Assembly: GCA_963720545.1 (NCBI GenBank)
Contig: OY970399.1
Location: forward strand, 2,592,001 to 2,656,000
Length of the DNA stretch: 64,000 bases
Reading direction: 5' to 3'
Origin: an uncultured Acidobacteriota bacterium
GTDB taxonomy: Bacteria > Acidobacteriota > Vicinamibacteria > Fen-336
Part shown: piece after piece, positions 55,300 to 64,000 of the stretch
Layout of the letters: each line of letters begins with the position of its first letter
Numbering within the stretch: the first letter of the stretch is position 1
Position numbers and translations under genes: made by a program
Notes under the pieces: model-generated
What the model saw: only the letters and a program-made list of their open reading frames with translations
What the model was told of the DNA's origin: nothing
The model's database searches: none

Positions 55300-56461
55300 T
55301 TACGCTCGCCGCGCGAGTTGGGCCATCTCGTCGGCCACTTCCTCCACGGCCCGGTTCGGCGGCAGCCGCAGCAGGCGCGCGCGCATCGCCGCCAGGCGGC
55401 AGGGGTCGCTCTGCAGCTGCAGCGCTACGGCCGGCATCTCGCGCCAGTGGCGCACGCTCGCCCCGAACTCGCGCGCCGCGAGCATGCCTGCGTTGAAGCG
55501 CTCTTGCGGGATGGTGAAGGCGTTGTGTGTCACCACCGCCGGCAGGCCGTGATGGAAGGCTTCGGCGAGCGTGCCGGGTCCGGGCTTGGTGAGCAGCACG
55601 TCGCTGGCCACCATCAGTCGCCCCACTTCGTGCGTGAACCCGTAGGCGCGCAAGCGGCCCGAGGCACCAGCCTCGATGACCCGCAGCCGGCGCTCCAGGC
55701 GCTCGTTCTGCCCGGCGATGGCCACGACCGTCCAGCGCGGATCGGCGGCGAGCAGTGCCGCACGTCAGCGGCGCCATCTCCGGCGCGCCCTTGCCGCCGA
55801 AGAGACACAGCACGGTGAACGCATCCTCGGGCAGCCCCAACGAGGCGCGCGCAACGCGCGGCAAAAGCGCCTCGCGGCGGTGTGCGTTCGGGTCGATGAT
55901 CATTCCCGAAATGCGGCGCACGGCGGCGCCGAGGCCGGCGCTCTGCGCCTGTTGCGCGGCCTCGTCGGTCGCGACCAGCACGCGGTCGACGTCCCGGACC
56001 AGCCAGAAGTCGGGCGGAAAGTCGGCGTAGTCGGTGAGCGCCACCGCGAACGGCACGTTCGGCAGTGCCTGGCGCACGGCGTCGCGCAGCACCGCATTGA
56101 AGTTGGGCAGCACCGACAGCACCGCGGTCGGCTGCTGCACCGCGAGAAAGCGCGCGATGCACGCACTGAGCGCGCGCCGCCGCAGCTTGATGAGCGCCTG
56201 CAGCACGCGCAACTGCGGCACCAGGCCGAGCGTCATGCCGCGCTGCACCATGCTGTTGTAGAGGTCGTCGCCGCGAATCCCGAAGACGCGGCGCACCGGG
56301 TCGAGCGGCAGCATCACGTCGGCGAGGTCGTGCAGCGCCACCTCGAGCCGGGGATGGCGGCTGGCGGCCGCCGCGGCGATGGCGCGCGCCGCCGCACGGT
56401 GTCCGCCGCCGGCACTGAGGTAGAAAACGACTAGCTTTCCCGCCCGGCCGGCCTCGTCCAT
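55300..56461 (-). CDS. MGDG-synthase/UgtP-like GT28 glycosyltransferase with apparent +1 frameshift at ~55762
   Basis: SAGGGHRAAA, LTDY, FGGKG in one frame; GFT, TKPGPGT..EA, IPQERFN in the next. Confidence 0.85.
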
Positions 56462-56612
56462 CCTGAGCGACGATTGTGGCGAAGCCCCGTGACGACGGCG
56501 TGACGCCGCGGCATCGACAGCACTTCCGGCCCGTAACACACAGTTTCCGCGGTCATCACAGGAATGCGCCGCCCAGGGCCTAGCTTCTGGGGCAGCAAAG
56601 AGGAGGCCCCCG

Positions 56613-57506
56613 ATGAGGTGCGACCTTCATGTTCACTCGCGGCACTCAGGCTCCGCAAACGTGCCGCTGCTGCCGGGCTGGCTCGAGTGCTATTCCGAGC
56701 CCGAGGCTGTCTACGAGACGGCTCGCCGCCGCGGCATGGATATCGTGACCCTGACCGACCACGACTCCGTGACGGGCGCGCTGCTGTTGCGTGAGCGCCG
56801 TCCCGGCACCTTCGTGAGCGAGGAAGTGACGGTCCTGCTGGGCGGGGGACGCGAGCTGCACTTCGGCGTCTACGGCATCGACGAGCGCCAGCACGAAGAG
56901 ATCACGCGGCGGCGCAGCGACGGCGAGCGCCTGGTGGCGTACCTCGCCGCCAACGACATCCCGTTTGCGGTCAACCACCTGTTCTCGCCGCTCACCGGAC
57001 GGCGCCTCACCGCCGACCTCGACTGGGCGCTGTCGATCGCATCACTTCTCGAGACCGGCAACGCGATGCTGCCCGCGATCTCGAACGCGCTCGCCGACGA
57101 CGCGCGCCGCCGCATCCACGCCGGTGCCGTCGGCGGCAGCGACTCGCACGCGCTGCGCTTCGTCGCCCGCTCCTACACCGTAGTGCCCGGCGCCCGCTCC
57201 ATAACCGAGTTTCTCGACGGCTTAAGAGCCGGCAAGTGCCATGCAGAAGGCACGGCCTCGAACGGCATCGGCCTCACGCGGGACGTGCTTGACGTGGCGC
57301 TGGCCGGCGCGCGCAGCGGCATCCGTTCGGCGCGCGGGGCACGCAAAGCGCTACTCGCCAGCGTGCTGCTCGCGAGCGCGCCTTTGTGGGTGCCGGCCAT
57401 CGGCGCCGCGGTCGGCTGGAGCCGGCTGCGCGAGCACACCATGCCGCGGGTCTACGCGCTCGGCATGGCGCGCGCCGCGCAGCGCCGGCGCCTGGGGATC
57501 GCATGA
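56613..57506 (+). CDS. PHP-domain phosphoesterase
   Basis: DLHVHS, TDHD, VSEE, NH, GGSDSH. Confidence 0.88.
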   Translation: MRCDLHVHSRHSGSANVPLLPGWLECYSEPEAVYETARRRGMDIVTLTDHDSVTGALLLRERRPGTFVSEEVTVLLGGGRELHFGVYGIDERQHEEITRRRSDGERLVAYLAANDIPFAVNHLFSPLTGRRLTADLDWALSIASLLETGNAMLPAISNALADDARRRIHAGAVGGSDSHALRFVARSYTVVPGARSITEFLDGLRAGKCHAEGTASNGIGLTRDVLDVALAGARSGIRSARGARKALLASVLLASAPLWVPAIGAAVGWSRLREHTMPRVYALGMARAAQRRRLGIA

Positions 57507-57997
57507 ACGCGGTGCTCTCGTACCTCGAAGCTTCCGACCAGCGCATCGCCACCCGCGTCGCCGACTGGAGAACGCCACGCTGGCTGCGCCGCTGGATGAT
57601 CGCGATGTCGCGCCTGGGCGACGGCTGGCTCTGGCTGCCGTGCATCGCCTGGCTCGCCGCGCACGAAGCGTCGGGCCTGGAACGCGCGGCCAGCCTCGCG
57701 GTCATCGTCAACGCGGCAATCATCATCCTCAAGCGCCTCACGAGGCGGTCCCGCCCCGCAAATGGCGGTGCGCCGCCGATCTACGACCGCTATTCGTTTC
57801 CATCCGGGCACGCGATGAACGCCTTCGCGGCGTGCGGCGCCGTGGCGCTCGCCGAACCAGTCCTGGCACTTCTCGCACTGGCGCTCGCCGGCAACATCGC
57901 CGTGGCGCGCGTGGTCCTGGGACGCCACTACGCGAGCGACGTCATCGCCGGCGGCGCACTCGGTATTTTCGCGGCGGCTTTCGTCCGGCTTCTGTAA
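57503..57997 (+). CDS. PAP2-family lipid phosphatase
   Basis: ATGA overlap; K..TRRSRP, SFPSGH, RVVLGRHY.SD. Confidence 0.9.
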   Translation: MNAVLSYLEASDQRIATRVADWRTPRWLRRWMIAMSRLGDGWLWLPCIAWLAAHEASGLERAASLAVIVNAAIIILKRLTRRSRPANGGAPPIYDRYSFPSGHAMNAFAACGAVALAEPVLALLALALAGNIAVARVVLGRHYASDVIAGGALGIFAAAFVRLL

Positions 57998-58009
57998 GCT
58001 TGGGAGCGC

Positions 58010-59510
58010 GTGGCGCGCTCTCATTCCTCCAAAGACCCGATCGCCGTCATCGACATCGGCTCCAACTCGGGCCGCGTGGTCGTCTACCGGCTCGATGCGG
58101 CCGGCGCCCTGCGCATCGTCGCCAGCGCCCGCGCCGGCCTGCGCCTGGTCGCCGACGTGGACGAATACCGCAAGCTCACCACCGAGGCGATGGACCGCGC
58201 CTTCGAGGCGCTCAGCGACTTTCGCGCGCTCGCCGAAGGCGCCGGCGCCCGCCGCATCCACGCGGTTGCCACCGCGGCGATGCGCGACGCCTCGAACGGC
58301 GACGCCTTCATCGCCCGCGTGAAGAAGCGCCTCGGCATCCGCATCGTCACGATCGACGGCAAGACCGAGGGCCGCTACGGCTTCATGGGCGCGCTGCACG
58401 GCCTGCCGGTGGAGAGCGGCTTCATCTTCGACATGGGCGGCGGCAGCATGCAGGTCTCGAGCTTTCGCGCAGCGGCGACTGGTGGAAGCGGTCAGCCTCA
58501 AGCTCGGCTCGCTGCGCCTCAGCAACCGCTTCCTGGAGGATGACCCGCCGTCGAAGGAAGACTTGCGCCGGCTGCGCAAGCACGTGCGCGGCGAGCTGGG
58601 CGAGATGGACCTGGCGAAGCTGCGCCGCGGCGAACAACTGGTGGGCACCGGCGGCACCGTCCGTAACCTGGCGAAGATCGACGCCCGCCGCAGCGACTTC
58701 CCGGTGGAGCGGGTGCACGGCTACCTGCTGTCGCGCGATTCGGTGGGCGAGATCGTCGAGCTCCTGTGCAGCACGAAGTCGTCGCGCCGCGACCAGATAC
58801 CCGGCCTCTCCGACGACCGCGCCGACTCGATCGTCGGCGGCGCCATCGGCATCGAATCGTTGATGGACACGCTGCGCGCCGACGAGATCGTGGTCTCGGG
58901 GCAGGGCGTGCGCGAGGGCCTGGCGCTCAGCCAGCTCGGCGCCAACCCGCCGTCGATCGAGGCGGTGCGCCGCACGTCGTTTCGTTCCCTCGGCCTGCGC
59001 TTCGACACCTGGAACGAGAAGAGCGCCGACCGCCGCCGTGGCCTCGCGACGGCCCTCTACCGAGCACTCGAGCCAAAGACCGACGCCGTCCACGTCGAGG
59101 CGCTTGCCCTCGCGGCCTACCTGCTCGACACCGGCCGCACCCTCGACTTCTTCAACCGCCACGAGCACACCGCCGAGATCCTGATGGCCGCCGCCCTCGA
59201 CGGCTTCTCGCAGCGCGAGATCGCCCTCGTCGCCGCGGTCGCGCGCCGTGCCGGCGCCTCGAACTGGGACCCTGCGGAGTGGTTCCCGCTGATCGACGAC
59301 GAAACCCGCGCCATCGAGCGCGCCGCCGTGGTGCTGCTGCTCGCCGACGAGCTGGAGGAGCGCTGCCGCGGCGAGCGCGCATTGTCGGTGCGAACCAAGG
59401 TGGGCCGCTCGAGCGTTACGGTGCGCGTCAAAGGCCTCGTCGGCTGGCGCGACACCAAGCTCAGCAACCGCTTCCACAAGGCGTTCGCCCGCGACCTCGT
59501 CGTGATCTAG
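58010..59510 (+). CDS. ppx: Ppx/GppA exopolyphosphatase with apparent +1 frameshift at ~58469
   Basis: IDIGSNS, ATAAMRDA.N, DMGGGS; then GTGGTVRNL, RADSI, GVREG in the next frame. Confidence 0.88.
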
Positions 59511-60139
59511 GGCCGCGCGTCGAAGAAGACCTTCACCGCAAGGCCGAGGAAGAGCAGCGCCGAGAAGAACGCGAGCCCGCTCGTCAGCTTCGTCCCCAGC
59601 CGCCCGTGCAGCCGCCCGGTGAGCCCACCGAGAAACGAGGACCACAGGAGCGAGGCGAGCGCGAACCCGCCAAAGAAGAACGCCAACCCAGCCCGGCCCT
59701 GACCAGCCGTGGAAGCAGCGATGAGCGCCGTGCCCGCGGTCGCGAACCACAGGATCGCGGTGGGCGAGGACAGCGCGACGGCAGCACCCCGGCCGAAGTG
59801 CCCAAAGAGCGAGAGCGAACGAGCGCCATCGCCGCCAGCGTTGGCATCGATCGCCTTAGGATGCAACGCTTCGCGCAGCATGTGGAACGAAAGCCACAGC
59901 AACGACGCAGTGCCCGCAATCCAGACCACGCGCCGCGCAACCGGACTTCCCATCACCGCGGCAGCACCCATCGCCGAGAGAAAGGCGTAAACGAGATCTC
60001 CCAGCGTCGCACCCGCGCCAAAGGCGAGCGCCGCACGCACGCCGTGCAGGATCGCGGTGCGCATCAGCGCCACGTTCACCATGCCGAGATCGACGCACAG
60101 CGACAGCGACAGGAGAAAACCGGCGATGAAGGGACGCAA
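59507..60139 (-). CDS. LysE/ArgO-family amino acid exporter
   Basis: GFLLSLSLCVDLGMVN, GATLGD, LSSPTAILWF; TTG start 8 nt after TAATCT (alternative ATG 60166). Confidence 0.85.
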   Translation of the reverse strand: MRPFIAGFLLSLSLCVDLGMVNVALMRTAILHGVRAALAFGAGATLGDLVYAFLSAMGAAAVMGSPVARRVVWIAGTASLLWLSFHMLREALHPKAIDANAGGDGARSLSLFGHFGRGAAVALSSPTAILWFATAGTALIAASTAGQGRAGLAFFFGGFALASLLWSSFLGGLTGRLHGRLGTKLTSGLAFFSALLFLGLAVKVFFDARP

Positions 60140-60184
60140 GCGCGCCAAGATTAACGCGGCAGCCATCGAGTAAGCTGCCGCGCC

Positions 60185-62184
60185 ATGAACTGGACCGCCT
60201 TGCCGCTTCTCCTGTGCGCCTCGGCCGCAATCGCCGCCGACGCCCGCCGACATTCGACCAACTGGTTTCGCTGCAGCGCCCCTACGACGCAGCACTCTCA
60301 CCCGACGGCGCCAAGGTCGTGTACACGGTGCGCGGCACCGACTGGGACAAGAACGCCTTCACGCAGCGCCTCGCAATAGCCGATGTGAAAGCGGCAACCT
60401 CGCGACCGATAGCCGAGGGCCTCGAGTCGAGCTACGCCGCCCAGTGGTCGCCCGACGGCAAGCGCCTCGCATTCCTGTCGGAGAGGGAAGGAAAGACCCA
60501 GATATTCACCGCCGCCGCGGACGGCAGCGACGCACAAGCCCTGACGAACGTAACGACCGGCGTAGCCCTCTACGCCTGGTCACCCGACGGCAAGACCATC
60601 GCCTTCGTCGCGCGAATCCCCAGACCAGACGCACTAACCAAGCGCGACAAAGAGGAAAGCGGCTACGAGGTCGTCGGCGAGTACGCGCCACAAAGCCAGG
60701 TGTTCCTGGCGGACACAACGACAAAAGCAGTCAGCCAGCTCACGAGCGGCCAAAACTCCATACGCCGCTTCACCTGGTCGCACGACGGCAAAAGGATCGC
60801 CTTCGACCACCGCCCAAGCGACAACACCAACACCGAGTTCAACTCCGACCTCTCGGTGGTGGACGTCGAGAGCAAAGCGGTCAAAAGCCTCGTCAGCCGC
60901 CCAGGCCCGGACCAGTGGCCCGTGTGGTCGCCGGACGACACGCAGATCCTGTTCGTCACCGGCAACGGCAACGCCGGTCACCACTATTTTTCAAACGGCC
61001 AGCTCGCGACAGTCCCGGCACAGGGCGGGGAAGTGACGCTGCTGAAGGTGCAGCACGACGAGCTCATGATTCCGATCGACTGGGAGCCGTCGGGCATCTA
61101 CATGCGCTCGTTCGCGGGCCCGTTCCCCAACCTCTATCGCGTGAACCCAACGACCGGCGCAGTAACCCTCATGGCCCCCGGCAAGGAGTGGATCACCTCG
61201 GGAAGATCGTGGAACAAGGAGAAGAACGAACTCGCGTTCATCTGCGCCACCCCGCAGAGCTACGACGAGGTGTGCGTGGCGGCAGCTTCCAACAGGCACA
61301 GCCCCGATGACCGCGCGCCGCATCACGCAGTTCGGCGACCAGCTAAAAACCTGGCCAAAGACCACGCACGAGCTCGTCCAATGGCAAAGCGAGGACGGCA
61401 CAAAGATAGAGGGAGTGCTTCACAAGCCGGAGAACTTCGACGAAAGGCCGCCGCTACCCGCTGATGATCGTGATCCACGGCGGCCCGTCGTCCTACTCGC
61501 GCCCCTCGCCGGTAGACGAATGGGGCAACGACGTCCCCTATCCCATCGAAGTGTGGCTGAAAAAAGGCGTACTGGTGCTGGAACCGAACTACCGCGGCAG
61601 CCTCGGCTACGGCGAAGCGTTCAAGAGCCTCATCGTCGGCAAGCTGGGCCAGGGCGAGCCGGAGGACATCGTCTCGGGCATCGACGCCCTGGTGAAAGAA
61701 GGAATCGTCGACAACGACAAAGTCGGCGTCGCCGGCTGGAGCTACGGCGGCTACCTGACAGCCCTCCTCTCGGTCCGCTACCCGCAGCGCTTCAAGGCCG
61801 CCTCGGCAGGCGCCGGCATCACCGACTGGCAAACCGACTACGTCAACAGCGACATCGACGACTGGTTCCACGCCTTCTTCCGCTCAACGCCATGGGACGA
61901 CCCCACCGGCGCCTGGACCAAGGGCTCCCCAATGACCTATATCAAGGATGCCCGCATCCCCACCCTCATCCAGCACGGCGCCGACGACCCGAGAGTGCCG
62001 ATCGCGAACTCAAAGGAGTTCTACCGCGCCCTCCAGGACAAGAAGGTCCCCTCCCGCCTGATCTTCTACAAGGGAATGGGCCACATCCTCGACACCCCAA
62101 GAGCCATGCGCGCCGCCATGTCCCACAACCTCGCCTGGTTCGACCAGTACCTGCTCAGCCCGGAGAAGAGCCCCGGAGAAGTAA
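60185..62184 (+). CDS. Secreted S9 (prolyl oligopeptidase/acylaminoacyl peptidase) with PD40 propeller; several apparent frameshifts
   Basis: Signal peptide, WSPDG repeats, IHGGP, PNYRGS.GYG, GWSYGG, HGADDPRVP, GMGH; frame changes near 60245, 61300 and 61450; the likely true stop TAA at ~62182 needs one C fewer (otherwise it ends at 62318). Confidence 0.82.
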
Positions 62185-62522
62185 CGCTCAGTCCCTCACT
62201 CCTGCGGTCCCGCCGTATACTCCGGCCAATGGCTCAGGGCCCCTCTCTCGCAGGCAGTACAACTCTGCGACGAAGGCGCTCGGCGACAGGGTCGAGACCG
62301 ATCCAAAAGAGGATCTGAGTAACCTCCTGCTGAAGATCCCCAACGTCGGCAAAGCAGAGTTAGCCACCTCGACCAACGACTCTTTTGCCGCTCCAAGCTT
62401 CGAGGGGTGGCGCCCCTTGCCCTTACCGTTGGCGACAAGCCCATGATGTGCGGAAGTTCAACGCATCGCGGCAGCTCGGAAGCGCCGGCGCTAGCGGCGT
62501 AGAGGATCGTGGAACCAAGGGC

Positions 62523-63212
62523 ATGAGCGGCGGCGATCACCACTACCACGGCCACAGGCAGCGCCTCCGGGAACGCTTCCTGAAATCCGGTCTGGCTGGT
62601 TTCGCCGACTACGAGGTAGTCGAGCTGGTGCTTACTCTCGCAGTTCCGCGCTCAGACGTGAAACAGCCGGCCAAGGCCCTGATAGCGCGTTTCGGTAATC
62701 TGCGGGGCATCCTGGATGCACCCATCGAGGACATGCGCGCGATCGCCGGCATCGGGACCGTCACGCCGGTTGCACTGCGGATCATCAAGGCTGCGGCGAC
62801 GCTTTTCCTACAGCAATGCTGCGAAGGCTACGACTCGCTCGTGGATCCGGCCAGACTTGCGGACTTTTGGCGCATGCGGATCGGAGCTCTTCGGAACGAG
62901 GTCTTCGAGGTGGCCTACCTGGACTCGGCGCATCGGCTCATGCGGGACGGGGTCGAGACGCTCGAGGAAGGCACCATCGACCGGGCATCGGTGTATCCGC
63001 GCCGGGTGATCGAGGCGGCCCTGAAGCGGGGAGCAGCGGCACTCGTGCTCGCGCACAACCACCCGAACGGCAACGTCACGCCGAGCGAGTACGACAAGGC
63101 GCTCACGCGGGCGATCGTGCTCGGTGCAGACGCCGTGCATCTCAAGGTCGTGGACCACCTCATCGTGTCGGCGCAGGAAACCTTCAGTTTCCGCAAGGCG
63201 GGTCTCCTGTGA
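62523..63212 (+). CDS. radC: RadC/JAB-domain (UPF0758) protein
   Basis: GHRQRLRERF, HhH GIG, E-F, HNHPNG..PS..D, DHLIV. Confidence 0.92.
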   Translation: MSGGDHHYHGHRQRLRERFLKSGLAGFADYEVVELVLTLAVPRSDVKQPAKALIARFGNLRGILDAPIEDMRAIAGIGTVTPVALRIIKAAATLFLQQCCEGYDSLVDPARLADFWRMRIGALRNEVFEVAYLDSAHRLMRDGVETLEEGTIDRASVYPRRVIEAALKRGAAALVLAHNHPNGNVTPSEYDKALTRAIVLGADAVHLKVVDHLIVSAQETFSFRKAGLL

Positions 63213-64000
63213 GCATCGCGTCCGCCATCGAGCAGCACTACCCGGGGCTCAACGACGCCCAGCGCGCGATCGTCGGTCATCTCGATGGTCCGCTGCTCGT
63301 GATCGCCGGTCCGGGATCGGGCAAGACGTTCAGCATCGTGCTTCGCGCGCTAAATCTCCTGCTGTTGGAAAAGGCACACCCCGGGCAACTCGTGCTATGC
63401 ACCTTCACCGAGAAGGCCGCCTTCGAAATGCGCGACCGGTTGGCCGCCGCGGCGCGCAAAGTGGGCTACACAGGCGACCTCTCGGAACTAGCAATCTCTA
63501 CAATCCACAGCTTCTGCAACCGCGTGCTCACACAGCACCGCCACCGGACGGAGCTCGGCCACAACTTCGACACACTTGACGAGCTCACGCAACTCCTCCT
63601 GATCTTCGAACACTTCGACGAGATTATTGGACCAGCGGAGAACGACCTCTTCCTCGGCAAGTGGAAGACTCGTTGGACGGCCATCGTCGGCGCGCGCGGC
63701 TACTTCGACAAGACTCACCGAGGAGCTCGTCGATCCTGAACAGCTCATCGTCTCCGCCGACCCCATTCTCGTACGCCATCGGCAACGCCTATCGGCGCTA
63801 CGAGCGTGCGCTGCTCGATGCCAACCGCACCGATTTCGCGCATCTTCAGCGCCTCGTTTACGACTTGCTCAGCGATCCCAGCACCGTGGACGCCGTGACT
63901 CGCGATCTCCGCTACGTGCTTGTGGACGAGTACCAGGACACAAACTACATTCAGGAGCGGCTCCTCCTCAAACTCACCGAGACGAGCCGCAACCTGTGCG
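63209..64000 (+). CDS. UvrD/PcrA-like SF1 helicase (partial; apparent +1 frameshift at ~63713)
   Basis: GTGA overlap with radC; LNDAQ, AGPGSGKT, TFTEKAA, TIHSF; after the shift KITEELVD...VLVDEYQDTN. Confidence 0.88.

Noticed and set aside
62337..62440. Possible attC-like or terminator hairpin (CGGCAAA..AGAGT / ACTCT..TTTGCCG) upstream of radC
   Set aside because: Core-site spacing and complementarity do not fit an attC site, there is no integron integrase, and there is no U-tract after the stem.

Overview
High-GC bacterial chromosomal segment; the gene repertoire (GT-C-like membrane proteins, lipoprotein sulfatase, TPR/carboxypeptidase-regulatory protein, SGNH protein) suggests an Acidobacteriota/Vicinamibacteria-like organism (inference). 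The left edge holds the start of a virB2-virB3-virB4-like type IV secretion/conjugation operon on the minus strand, preceded by a sigma54-type -24/-12 element. It is divergent from a GAF-AAA+-HTH enhancer-binding protein and a coupled membrane Ser/Thr kinase. The middle is mostly housekeeping and envelope genes (ligD, acyl-CoA dehydrogenase, lepB/lepA, AAA+/VWA pair, clpB with HAIR-like operators, RND pump, rlmI, glyA, DinG helicase, PTPS, yggS, tkt, zwf, ppx). Between a membrane-protein gene and clpB lies a 1.33-kb non-coding nested foldback element with ~97-bp imperfect terminal inverted repeats, ~366-bp tandem units and ten TCCGGA-centred palindromes (one with TCTGGA); a minimal relative sits at 5.3 kb. 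The right end has a strand-skewed LysE/S9-peptidase tract followed by radC plus a UvrD-like helicase, probably the start of an island. Several genes carry single-base indels that look like long-read errors. No rRNA, tRNA or CRISPR array was seen.
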